DNA from: Pachysolen tannophilus NRRL Y-2460
Taxonomy: Eukaryota
NCBI GenBank assembly: GCA_001661245.1
Contig: KV454018.1
Coordinates: 307,944-371,943 of the forward strand
Direction: 5' to 3'
Length of the DNA: 64,000 nt
The notes under the pieces are model-generated. The model was not told the DNA's origin and made no database searches. It worked only from the letters and a program-made list of their open reading frames with translations. Shown here one piece after another: positions 45,854 through 56,665 of this stretch; the stretch's first letter is position 1; each line of letters opens with the position of its first letter. The position numbers and the translations under genes are program-made.

Positions 45854-48800
45854 CTATTTTGCCAAATGTGTATTTGATCTGACTTTATCAACCTCATTCA
45901 ATAGTTTATCGTAAGCTTCATCCAATTCAATAGAATTCAAAGATTTTGGAGATTCTGAAATATCTCCGTTCTCAGTTGACGAAGAGCTACCTTTTCTTGA
46001 AGTCAAATTTGATTTCTCATCACCTTCCACAATATTTTCAAGGTTCGCATAGTTATCTAATTCAGCTTGCTCAAAATTCTGTCTTTGGTTAAGATCTAGT
46101 GTATCTTGACGATTTCTATAAACTTCCAAAGTTTGATACAAATCTTCAATTTTTAAACTTTTATCGTTATTGAATCTATCAATCAAATCGGTAACAGTTT
46201 GTAAACCTTTTGCTTTTATAATAGCTTCTCTTAATTCAGGACCAGAAGGTAAAATACTCAACTTAGGTCCCAAATGTGTTGGTGATTTGGTCTCCAGTGG
46301 TTGAGACTTGACTGTAATTTCGGGCACTACAGTAAGAGATGGAACTTCCTCAGAACGTTTATGATTGTCCTGCTTACCCGCTAATGTTGATGAAGTTGGT
46401 GGGGATCCAGGAAATAATGAATTTTGTTGTTGTACAAAAAAACCCCATCTGTGAAATTCACCTTCTTCTTCTTCTTGTTTTTTAGCGTGCTCAGAGGTAT
46501 GTGATAACTTTCGAAATAAAACTGGTTTTCCAGTGGTATAATCAACCGGAATATCCTTACCTTCCTTTGTAGATTCAACAACTACTTGGCGAGGCTGTTC
46601 AGTATTTGCTGGAGGACGATTTTGAGAATTTGGAAAATATGAAGTTTTCTCATCTTTCAAAGGTAAGTCAGGAGAAACAATGGGTCCAGTTTCTAAAATA
46701 TCAGATGAAACTTTATGAAGATGCAAGTCATCATCTGGGAATATAACTTCGTTCAAACTCTTATATTCCTTTTCAGCAGGAACATTAACACCAGCGGTTG
46801 GATTCGTGTTAGATATAGCCAGCGTATTGCTAGGTTCTTCTCCAAAAATATTGACCACTTTTTCTAAGGAATTATCCAATAAACAAAATCTAATTAAGGT
46901 TTCCTTACCTTCTAAGGATAATTTGCCCTTCATTCTCAATTCAAATAATATATCCATCTGTTTGTGAATTTCTTTTCTAACTCTACTAGTCTTTTCAACC
47001 AATGCCTTAGTAATAACTTCTTTGGTGTATAAATCATCGTCTTTCTTGTTCGTTTGCAGATTCATACTTTCATCTTTATTCAACAATTTTTCGGCTGCTT
47101 GTGTGATGACCGAACCATCAAACATCAACTCTTCATTAGTACTATGATATTTAATCTGTGAGTCTTTATTCATTGCCTTCTCCATATTAATCATTAAATA
47201 TAATGCGATTTTTGAAGATAAATCTTCTGGAATTAAATCGTAATCAATGTCTAAAGTATAAACGCTTGATAACTTTATAGCTCCATATAATGCAACCGCA
47301 GTGGCATAATTAATATCTTTGTGCCCTAAAAAGGAAACATGAATTAAGTTTTTACAATGAGGAAATGTATTAGAAATGGCAACTAATTCAGGGCTAGTCA
47401 ACTCGTCTAGCTCAAAATGAATTCTTCTCAATTCTGGGAATTTTGGTAACCATTCTATCAAAGTTGGAATAATTCCTGGGAAAATTTGAGCAACATTACT
47501 CAAATCCAAAAATCTCAAATTTGATAACTTTGATAAGGTCATAATCATTGCTTTACAATCTTCCAAAGTAACATTTGTCGAATTTAGGGAAAAAAATGCC
47601 AACTTCGTCTTTTCATCGAAAGAATCTATAAATGGTCTCAATTGTCCATTGCTTAAATCATTGAACGCAATATCAACACCATTACATGTTGACTTTGGAG
47701 CTTTAATCCAGTTTGTTAATATCTGGCATTTCTCAAGATTTAAATTGGTAGCTGCAACACCTAATCTCTTAGTAGAAATTGAGACACCATTTTCAATTAA
47801 ATGCTTAAATTGTGCATCTGTCATTTTGCAACCATTAATAACTAATTCATCTATACCACGTCTTACATTTAATGAATCTGTGAAAATTCCCCAATCCATT
47901 TCAGACCTAATGGCCTTCTTTGGAGTATCCTGTTTAATTTTTTGCTGTGATATATCCAATTTGATCAATGATTTTGACAAAGTCAAAAATTTACATAAAT
48001 AAAGCCATCCTTCACTGTCAAGAGCAACATTTCTTAATGATAGTTTTTCTAAAGTTTTTGAATTTGAAACTGAGGATAATATTATCTTGATCATTTCAGT
48101 ATCTAAGGTGACATTATCGAATATTATAGTCACGATTGGTGTAATGGCAATGAAATCTGAAAATGATAAAACATCAATTAATGTCGGTTTTGGATTCAAC
48201 ATTTTTAAGACTGGAAGTGGTTTTGATTTATTTTTCAATTGTTTTAAAGTTGCTGGAATCGGTAAAATTTCTCTTAAATGACAACATCTTGTATATATAA
48301 CATCCAATGGTAATTCTTTTAAAATATCTTCAACATCAGATTCTTCAGCTGAAGTCAAATCTTCCTGTGGATCATTTTCTTTTGCAAAATAATCAATGTG
48401 TTGATGCAATGGATTATCAATATTTTGAACTTTTGAAGTACTATGAACATAAGCATCCACATTTTCTTCAATTTCTTCATCCTTATCAACATTTCCTTTG
48501 GCGAATTTGGATACTCTAAAAGTAGAAACTTCCTTTGCCATTCTTTGTGCAGCTAAATGTGCTTCCTGAGCATGTTTATTAGCTTCAATCACCGATTGTC
48601 TTTGAAGTTCATAAGCCATTTTTAATTGTTCTTGATCAACGCGATTTTTAGCTGGAGACGAAAGAGTATTATTGGCATTTACAATCCCAAGTGAGACTCT
48701 AGGAGGTTCAGCTAAAATTTCTTCTGGAGTAATAACGTTACCTTTCTTAGGCGTTCTTGACGGAATTTGTTGCTGAGGATCATCTTTTAATCCATCTAAG

Positions 48801-50002
48801 GCAAAAGTAACTCTTCTTAATTTTGTCTTCAGCAATTTAGCATCTGATAATTTTTTTTGTTTATTTTGTTCTTCTAGTAACTTATTTTCCAACTTTACTT
48901 GTGGAAGTGGGGATTTTAATGGAGACTGAGTACCTGATGATGCACCTGGAGCTCCCGAAGCAACTCCTAATCCTGTGTTCACGTTAGTTTGTGGTGCTTT
49001 TATAGGAGTTTGAGGTTTTGAAACACTCATTTTCCTTCTTATGCCAAATAAACTTTTCTGTTCTGGTGATGAATTTTGAGGCGATAGATTTGATTGTGGT
49101 GTATGTTGCCCTCCTGTTTCAGGTACAAGTACAGCAGCAGAATTTTTTGAAAATTTTGAAGAGATTGATGAAAATAATTTTTTTTTAGAATTTGAATTGG
49201 AACGTGATAACTCTGTTTGAACTTCACTATTAATTGTGGGGAGTTTCCTAATTGAATTTTTTGCATGTGCAGCACCATTTGGAACTGGATCGCTTACTTT
49301 CCTATGAACTGGAGTTATCATTGATGAGGTTGATTCAGAGGAAGACCGTTGTCTATTTGGTTGCAATATCTTACTTGTAGTTGGCAATTCATTCCCTGAA
49401 GATGATGCAGGTCTGGAATTTGAAGCAGGCGATGCAGTACCGCTATTGCTTCCAACAGTTCCAGCAGCACTCAGTGCTCCAAGACCACTTCCGTCACTGG
49501 AACTTGATTTTGTAACTGAAGCCAATGCTGATTTCAATGGCTGTGCCAGTGGCTGTTTTTCATCATGCAATTTTAAGTCCTCCAATTGTTCTGCTAGTGC
49601 AGACAGCGGTAGTGGCAGCAGTGACTGTGACTGTGACTGTGACTGTGGCAGTGGCGGCTGTTGTTGTGGTTGTTGTAGTTGTTGTTGCTGCTGCTGCCCC
49701 TGCTGCAATTTCTTTTTTTCGTCTTCATTACTATATACGTGATGCTGCAGTTTTAATTGCGACTGCTGCTGTGACAAATCTTTTTTAGGTATTGGCTGCT
49801 TGGAAAAATTTAAAGTAACATCTTTATATTCTGGTTTTTTCTTTGCCAATTTCTTGCTAGCTTTACCTCTGAATAACCAATCAACATCACCATTGGAAAC
49901 ACCACTGTCAATGTCTATATCGCTAGGAGATGGAACAATGCCCATACTATTTTTCAATTCATCGTCAATCTTAGAACCCATATCGTCCTTTCCCTCAGAC
50001 AT
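45854..50002 (-). CDS. Gip3/Her1/Mhp1-family LRR protein, Glc7 (PP1) interactor
   Basis: DVDWLFRGK, RVxF motif LRRVTF, DPQQQIPSR, YTRCCHLREILPI, RNI-like LRRs, EEGEFHRWGFF; first ATG at 50002. Confidence 0.85.
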   Translation of the reverse strand: MSEGKDDMGSKIDDELKNSMGIVPSPSDIDIDSGVSNGDVDWLFRGKASKKLAKKKPEYKDVTLNFSKQPIPKKDLSQQQSQLKLQHHVYSNEDEKKKLQQGQQQQQQLQQPQQQPPLPQSQSQSQSLLPLPLSALAEQLEDLKLHDEKQPLAQPLKSALASVTKSSSSDGSGLGALSAAGTVGSNSGTASPASNSRPASSSGNELPTTSKILQPNRQRSSSESTSSMITPVHRKVSDPVPNGAAHAKNSIRKLPTINSEVQTELSRSNSNSKKKLFSSISSKFSKNSAAVLVPETGGQHTPQSNLSPQNSSPEQKSLFGIRRKMSVSKPQTPIKAPQTNVNTGLGVASGAPGASSGTQSPLKSPLPQVKLENKLLEEQNKQKKLSDAKLLKTKLRRVTFALDGLKDDPQQQIPSRTPKKGNVITPEEILAEPPRVSLGIVNANNTLSSPAKNRVDQEQLKMAYELQRQSVIEANKHAQEAHLAAQRMAKEVSTFRVSKFAKGNVDKDEEIEENVDAYVHSTSKVQNIDNPLHQHIDYFAKENDPQEDLTSAEESDVEDILKELPLDVIYTRCCHLREILPIPATLKQLKNKSKPLPVLKMLNPKPTLIDVLSFSDFIAITPIVTIIFDNVTLDTEMIKIILSSVSNSKTLEKLSLRNVALDSEGWLYLCKFLTLSKSLIKLDISQQKIKQDTPKKAIRSEMDWGIFTDSLNVRRGIDELVINGCKMTDAQFKHLIENGVSISTKRLGVAATNLNLEKCQILTNWIKAPKSTCNGVDIAFNDLSNGQLRPFIDSFDEKTKLAFFSLNSTNVTLEDCKAMIMTLSKLSNLRFLDLSNVAQIFPGIIPTLIEWLPKFPELRRIHFELDELTSPELVAISNTFPHCKNLIHVSFLGHKDINYATAVALYGAIKLSSVYTLDIDYDLIPEDLSSKIALYLMINMEKAMNKDSQIKYHSTNEELMFDGSVITQAAEKLLNKDESMNLQTNKKDDDLYTKEVITKALVEKTSRVRKEIHKQMDILFELRMKGKLSLEGKETLIRFCLLDNSLEKVVNIFGEEPSNTLAISNTNPTAGVNVPAEKEYKSLNEVIFPDDDLHLHKVSSDILETGPIVSPDLPLKDEKTSYFPNSQNRPPANTEQPRQVVVESTKEGKDIPVDYTTGKPVLFRKLSHTSEHAKKQEEEEGEFHRWGFFVQQQNSLFPGSPPTSSTLAGKQDNHKRSEEVPSLTVVPEITVKSQPLETKSPTHLGPKLSILPSGPELREAIIKAKGLQTVTDLIDRFNNDKSLKIEDLYQTLEVYRNRQDTLDLNQRQNFEQAELDNYANLENIVEGDEKSNLTSRKGSSSSTENGDISESPKSLNSIELDEAYDKLLNEVDKVRSNTHLAK

Positions 50003-50339
50003 ATTATTCAAAATATAAGAAATCAGAAATAAAAAAAAATTTAAAAAAAAAAAGTAAAAATTACTTGTTGAATTTTTACGGAATTAACGATCGACTGATA
50101 TTATTATAGGTGATGAAGACGATAACGAAACCAAGTAAAACTTAAACCTGATATTTAGTACCGGTTTCTTATATCAGCAATCAATTAATAATCGTGAAAT
50201 TAAGCGCCAATGAATGATAAAATTACTAAGATAAAAAATAAACCACTTTGTTTGCTGTTTCCAATATGATAATTTGATGACTTGATAAAACAATAAAAAC
50301 AATTAACAAATAACAAATAACAAATAACAAAAAAAAAAA

Positions 50340-50644
50340 NNNNNNNNNNNNNNNNNNNNNNNNNNNNNNNNNNNNNNNNNNNNNNNNNNNNNNNNNNNNN
50401 NNNNNNNNNNNNNNNNNNNNNNNNNNNNNNNNNNNNNNNNNNNNNNNNNNNNNNNNNNNNNNNNNNNNNNNNNNNNNNNNNNNNNNNNNNNNNNNNNNNN
50501 NNNNNNNNNNNNNNNNNNNNNNNNNNNNNNNNNNNNNNNNNNNNNNNNNNNNNNNNNNNNNNNNNNNNNNNNNNNNNNNNNNNNNNNNNNNNNNNNNNNN
50601 NNNNNNNNNNNNNNNNNNNNNNNNNNNNNNNNNNNNNNNNNNNN
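50340..50644. other. Assembly gap (N run) flanked by 7-mer tandem repeats and poly-A
   Basis: 305 N; (TAACAAA)4 at 50304-31 and (TTMCCAA)4 at 50670-97. Confidence 0.97.
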
Positions 50645-50694
50645 GGCCTGGTAAAACCATAAAAACCATTTCCCAATTCCCAATTACCAATTCC

Positions 50695-50733
<39 letters not shown>

Positions 50734-51712
50734 GGAAGAAAAAAGATAAATACTACCCTATCAATAAATTGACTGATAGAAATAAAGTCACTTTCTTTTT
50801 CTTTTTTTATTTTATTTTTTTTTATAAAAAAATATATAAAAAAAATTGAATGTAACTATCAAGATGTTTAGCTCCAATAAAAAAGATAGATTAATTATTT
50901 ACTATACAACAAATTTTTTCTCTCTTTTTTTTTCTTCTTATTCTTCTTCTTCTTCTTCTTTTCCTTTGTTTCAATAAAAAAAGAAATGAGCTTTTCTTTG
51001 AGTTCTTTGCAGATTACATAATTGGATCGTCGAGGTTTCGGAGATAGTTCGAAATCCCAGTTGCACGGAGGTTCCCCTCTTTCCCTTTTTCACCTTTTTC
51101 ACCTTTTTCACAATTTTTTCCCTTTTTCCTACATTCCAAATATTTGTCGTATTACAATATTTTAAAATGTAATTAGTAAAAGAGCCGGCGCGGGAGTGTC
51201 CCGTCAAATTCCCAATCGGCCCCTCTTTCTGGCCAAAAAAAAATTAAAAAAAAAAAAATATGATGCTTTTTTTTTTTTTTTTTTTTTCTTTTTCTTTTTC
51301 TTACCTCGTTTTGTGCATATTTATTTTTTACGAGGGTTTTTTTTATTCGGATCCTATATGGAATATGCTTTAAATTAATAATAATATTTTAATAATTAGG
51401 ACCAAAAAAAAATTAAAAAAATAAAAAAAAAAAAAAAAAAATTTATAAGCCCTGTATCTATATCTATCTTTTAATAAAATAATTAATATGTAGATAGTAA
51501 TTTTATAAATTCTATTATTATTTTAAATATATTTTTTTAATTCCGGATAAATTTTTGGGTGTTGTTCATTTTTATTACTTTGAAATCGGGAGGTTGTTTA
51601 GAAATCTCATTTCTATCGAGGATTTGCATGTTACGTTTGCATTCCATAGTGCTGCAAATTACGTAACAGGACTTTGGCCTACCCCACATCCCCTTTTGAA
51701 GTTCGCGACTCG

Positions 51713-51761
51713 CGGTTTACGGTTTACTGTTTACGGTTGACAGTTGGCAGTTGGCAGTTCA
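51713..51761. repeat. Degenerate 7-bp tandem repeat, 7 units
   Basis: CGGTTTA CGGTTTA CTGTTTA CGGTTGA CAGTTGG CAGTTGG CAGTTCA. Confidence 0.8.
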
Positions 51762-52029
51762 AAGTTACCCCTAAAAAAGAAAAAACTGAACTCTTTGTTG
51801 CCAAATAGCCAGCCCTAAAATTATCGAGCGAAATAGACACTACTGTACGGTTTATTGGTTAGTAGACGCACGATCTTTATCAAATTTTTCTTCTTCTTTT
51901 CTTCTTCTTCTTTATATCATATACATATTATCTATCTATAAATATATATATAATACTGTTAAAAAGATATTTGATACTATTAGTACTACTTATTAATAGT
52001 AGTAGTATTTAACAATATTATTATTAAAT

Positions 52030-52923
52030 TTAGTTTTCAGCTTTGAAAGCAGCAATTTTAGCAGCAACGCTAGCTCTTCTTTCTTCTTTAGTCAATTTAA
52101 CTTGTCTGTATTTCTTTGATTCAGTAGCGTATTGTTCTTTTGTGAATTTCTTTTCAGTTGGTTTAAAAGAAGGATCTTCTCTAATGGCAGCATGAGCTTC
52201 TGTATAAATATCTTCAACACCATCAGCTTCAATATCATCAGCCAAGTATCCTTTGAACAATTCTTTGAATTTTTCTTCATCATCATCAGCCAATTCTTCC
52301 ATATATTCAGCAACGTGACCACCAAAGATGTATTTTCTTAACATTTCAGCATCTAATTCTTCAGATTCAACATCCCAACCTGGGAATCTGTTTGCAGAGT
52401 GAGGAACGTATAAACCACCATCAGAAGCACCTTTTAAAGCACCAAAGACTCTTGCACCGGTTGTAGTTCTTTGTAAACCAATATCTAAAAAGACTTTGAA
52501 TGGTCTTGGACCATCTTCAACAGCTTCAGTTAATTCAAATTCACCTTCAACTTCTTCAACACCTTTATAAGTTTCATCTAAACCTAATTTTTGTAAAGCT
52601 CTTCTAGCAACCAATAAACCAACAGCATAAGCTGCAGACCAGTTGGTTAAACCATGAGTAATACCATATCTTGGTAATTCATGAGCATAAGCAGCAGTAA
52701 AGACAATATCACCGGTGATGGTAGAAGAAATAATTTGAGCAATGATATCCTTGTTGGTGAATCTAACAACTAATCTATATTTTGGAGTGTTGTATTTAGC
52801 CTTATGTTGAGCAACTAATCTCTTTCTTTGATAATAATCAGTCTTACCTTCAGCTCTTCTTCTAAAAGGAGTCTGGTAACGGGAAAGGTAAGGAGAACTT
52901 TTCAAGACTTTTTGGAAAACCAT
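52030..52923 (-). CDS. RPL5: 60S ribosomal protein L5 (uL18)
   Basis: [48 protein letters not shown] at 52923; RRPE-like TGAAAAA(A)TT elements at 53038-53101. Confidence 0.98.
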   Translation of the reverse strand: MVFQKVLKSSPYLSRYQTPFRRRAEGKTDYYQRKRLVAQHKAKYNTPKYRLVVRFTNKDIIAQIISSTITGDIVFTAAYAHELPRYGITHGLTNWSAAYAVGLLVARRALQKLGLDETYKGVEEVEGEFELTEAVEDGPRPFKVFLDIGLQRTTTGARVFGALKGASDGGLYVPHSANRFPGWDVESEELDAEMLRKYIFGGHVAEYMEELADDDEEKFKELFKGYLADDIEADGVEDIYTEAHAAIREDPSFKPTEKKFTKEQYATESKKYRQVKLTKEERRASVAAKIAAFKAEN

Positions 52924-54054
52924 TTTTCTTTTTTTTTTTTGTATTGGATTTATCAATTATGATAATTTAGATATAATTATAAACAATGTTTTTTTAAAAA
53001 AAAAAATTAAAAAAATCAATAGTATATAGTATAAAAGTGAAAAATTTTGTTAAAAATTTGGAAAAAAAAATGTGAAAAAATTTTTTGTGCGTGAAAAAAT
53101 TCAAAAGAAGAAAAAACCAAACTTCAATGATGAAAATTACCACACGTTTAGGACTGACAATTACACATTCAAAGTGCGTGCAAACAAATTGCAAAAAATC
53201 CACATTAGGATTATTAAACACTACATCCACTACCTAGGTTTTTTTTTACACAGAAACATACATAATAATATTTAGCTCGGCTATACAATACGCTATGACT
53301 TTTTGGGACTTAATATCATACATATATACATACATAAATACATAAATAGTTTGTAAATTTAAAGAATTGCAGCTAGTTAACAAATAAAATAGATAGAAAG
53401 ATAGATTAGATAGATGCCTTTGCCTTTTTAGCAAGATGGTAATTTTCTTTAATTTTTTCTTTTTTTGCTTTTCTTTTCATTCTTAGCCTCCAATTACTCC
53501 ATGTCTTTAATGTAGTGACACCTAAATTAATTTGTTATTTAGTTAGTTAGTTACCTCTCTCTTCTCAGCCGGGACTTCGCCTCTCACGATTCAGGGCTGC
53601 CTGCCGCGCCCTCACTCTTGGCATTTTCTTTTTTTTTTCCCGCCTATTTTTTCTGTGCCGGCCTGGGGAGAGTGAAAGGACACTAAAGAGGAAAAGATAA
53701 GATAAACCTATTTCCGCATTAATTAATACAGTACCGTTAATAAGCTGATAAATAGAAACCGCTTCGCATGCTTTGCTTATAATATATATATATATATATA
53801 TATAAATGTATATCGAATGCTTATACTTATCTGAGTTAACTTTGGGGTTTAACTGAATTTAACTTTGAGTTTATAAAGTTTATAAAGTTTACTAAGTTAA
53901 CTTATTTACTGGTTTACAATTAACAATTTACAATTTTGTTTTCTATAATATAAAATACTTGTTTTTTATATTTTCTTTATACTAATTAATTAGTACCAAT
54001 ATTAATAATAATATTAATAATATATATATATATATATATATTTATGTCCAAAAG

Positions 54055-54933
54055 ATGATGTCAATCTCATCGGATCCACAAAAAACAACAGTTATTATTT
54101 CGAATCTTGCCAAAAAAGATTTCCCATTGAAGGAATCGTCTAATTCGTCATTATCACTGCCGCTGCCGCTGCTGCTGCTGCTGCTGCTGCTGCTGAATCT
54201 TGTTACAACTACATCATCAAGTTTAAAGCTTGCAGAATTTTTAAAACTTAAAGTGCTACAAAAATTGGATACATTAAGTTTAATGAATGATTTAATAAAA
54301 TGGATTAATTTACCAACTTTATCAAGAATTATTATTAAATTTTCTACAGAATCTACATCTAAAAGAATTTATGAATATTTATTACTGAATTTTAGTAAAG
54401 ATTATCCAGCTTTAGAAATTGATTTAATTTCACCTTTAGTTAGAACTAGATCTACAACAGATTCAATGTTAATTGCAAAAGATGGAAAATTGGATGCTCC
54501 TGATTATTTACAATTTCAAGATTTAAATGTACATTGCAAATTGAAAAATTCAAATAATACTTGTTATCAAGAACCAAGACCACAAAAATCTCCTGCAAGT
54601 TCTGCAAGTAATACACCTTTAGCATCACCAATTGATAGTAGTATTCTTAACGTTAGTGGTAGTGCTAGTGGTAGTGAATATTTTTTCGATGAAAGTGATC
54701 ATAGCCGTAGTCGTACTCCACAAGTGATATATTCTCCTACTCAGTATCAAGGAAAAGAATCAGATGTATTCCGTTATGATATTAACACAGGTGATTGTGA
54801 TTATGATCATGAAAAACCAAATTTAAGCATTAATACTAATATCAACGCAAGTAAAATTTTTGAAGGAGTAAATAGCTCCGATAGTATTCAAGAAAGTCCG
54901 ATAATTACACTTGATGAAACTTTTACGAAGTAG
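54055..54933 (+). CDS. RCN2: Calcineurin regulator (calcipressin, Rcn2-like)
   Basis: RRM-like N-terminus (LPTLSRIIIKF), YQEPRP, PxIxIT-like PNLSINT and terminal SPIITL; located between RPL5 and COX11/RDS2/MCT1 as expected from yeast synteny. Confidence 0.6.
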   Translation: MMSISSDPQKTTVIISNLAKKDFPLKESSNSSLSLPLPLLLLLLLLLNLVTTTSSSLKLAEFLKLKVLQKLDTLSLMNDLIKWINLPTLSRIIIKFSTESTSKRIYEYLLLNFSKDYPALEIDLISPLVRTRSTTDSMLIAKDGKLDAPDYLQFQDLNVHCKLKNSNNTCYQEPRPQKSPASSASNTPLASPIDSSILNVSGSASGSEYFFDESDHSRSRTPQVIYSPTQYQGKESDVFRYDINTGDCDYDHEKPNLSINTNINASKIFEGVNSSDSIQESPIITLDETFTK

Positions 54934-55265
54934 TATTTTTTAATAATCTTATTTGCTTTTTTAGTTAAATTTTTTTTTTTTAATTTGTTTTCATTTTCCA
55001 ATTTTTATTATTTATTTGGGTGGTTATTCTTTCTTTTTTTTTCACTTTATAAAGAGAGTTTCTAGGAATAGGTTTGATTAGGTCATTTTTTAATCCATTT
55101 TTATATTATATATTCTATTAGCAAAAGAAAGAAAAAAAAAAATAAAAAAGAGGTAAAAGAAATTTTTTATTTTTTATTTGTTTTTGAAAGTTTAATAAAT
55201 AATTTATTTATATGATGTATATATACAAGATACTTTTACTCTCCTCCTCTTCTCTTTTTTGTCTT

Positions 55266-56195
55266 TTATGTTGTTTTAACCTTAACTGGTTCCGCTGATT
55301 CATTGTCGATTGGTGTTATCTGTGTAGTGGTATTACCTGGTCCCCCAGTAACTGCTACTAATTGTTGACCATCTTTATAATTAGCTTTGAAAAACGTATA
55401 ATGCAAGACGATATCATCAACATTTCTCATGGTTGGATCATTAACAAATTCTGGATCTATAAAGAAAAACAAAGGCATATCTATTTCTTCACCAGCATTC
55501 AATTTTTGTTCTTCAAAACAAAAACATTGAATCTTGTTGAAATAAGGCGCAACATGATCTGGAGTAACCGAATATGTAGCCATTCCAATAATATCCTTAT
55601 CACTGTTATTCTTGGCCTTATAAAAGGCTAACGCAGTTTCCCCTGGAACCAAATAAACTTCTCGTTGTTGTGGTACAAATTTCCAAGGAAGAATTCTTGA
55701 AGTCTCTGCTGTAAATTGTACTCTAATTTTCTTGTTTGTATCAACGGCTACAACCTTATCAGGTGTCATCTTTGATGAATCAGTCATTGGAGTACCACCC
55801 CAACCTGTTTTCTGACATAAAGCTCTATATAATGGAACTGATCCAAAAGCTAATGATAAAAACATTAACGCGAGACTACACCCATAAAGAAAAATCGTCT
55901 GATTACCCTTACGAGCCTTGGTCTCCTTTTGCCTCCGTACCAACTCTTGGAAATCTTCTTTAGAAAGCTTAGAAAGCATCTGCTGAACCTCAGATTTCGA
56001 AAGTTGAGGCTTGTCTTGCTCACGTAATTCTTGGAAATTTTTATTCAAATAATGGAAATCACGTTTAGAAACCAATACTACTACTCTACCATTAATACCA
56101 CCACTACCGTAACCAAAACTCCTATTTAAAAATTTTGAAAAATCACCACTCCTCATAAAACTCCTTCCAAATAAACTTTTAAGTCTCAAACTCAT
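55266..56195 (-). CDS. COX11: Cytochrome c oxidase copper chaperone Cox11
   Basis: SVPLYRALCQKTGWGG, PGETALAFY, YFNKIQCFCFEEQ. Confidence 0.97.
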   Translation of the reverse strand: MSLRLKSLFGRSFMRSGDFSKFLNRSFGYGSGGINGRVVVLVSKRDFHYLNKNFQELREQDKPQLSKSEVQQMLSKLSKEDFQELVRRQKETKARKGNQTIFLYGCSLALMFLSLAFGSVPLYRALCQKTGWGGTPMTDSSKMTPDKVVAVDTNKKIRVQFTAETSRILPWKFVPQQREVYLVPGETALAFYKAKNNSDKDIIGMATYSVTPDHVAPYFNKIQCFCFEEQKLNAGEEIDMPLFFFIDPEFVNDPTMRNVDDIVLHYTFFKANYKDGQQLVAVTGGPGNTTTQITPIDNESAEPVKVKTT

Positions 56196-56665
56196 TCTCC
56201 TTTCCTTATAATCAATCTTACTTCAACAATAACTTCAATTTATAAATCATCCATATTGTTAAGTACTGTTTTTTGATGGTTTTTGCTGAAAAATTAATCT
56301 GACCCAAAACGAACGACCGTAACTTGTTGTTTTACTTTTAATTTTTTATTTTTTTTTAAAGAACTATTTGAATTTTAAATTCATTAGAATAACAAAAGTT
56401 AATCAGTTGACAACCTGTTGATAATAAGATATCCTGATTCAACTGTTTCATTAAGGATAAATCTCAGATTATGGGAATTGAATTCTTGATAGAAAGTTGA
56501 TATCATAATTTGGTCAGTAATTAAAGTATTTGTTCTTACTAAGACGCACGACTTGAGTTTAAAATTTATAATAAAAAGAACAAAAGAACCACGATTGCGA
56601 TTTAATTTAAAATTTGTTTGGTTGATTGGATTTGGTTTTATTGATCGGAAAAATTAACTTGAGAA

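Noticed and set aside
49446..49742. Cys-rich, metallothionein-like 98-aa ORF
   Set aside because: Antisense of the poly-Q and QS repeats in the GIP3-like gene.
50200..50697. ORFs spanning the N gap
   Set aside because: Artefacts of unresolved sequence.
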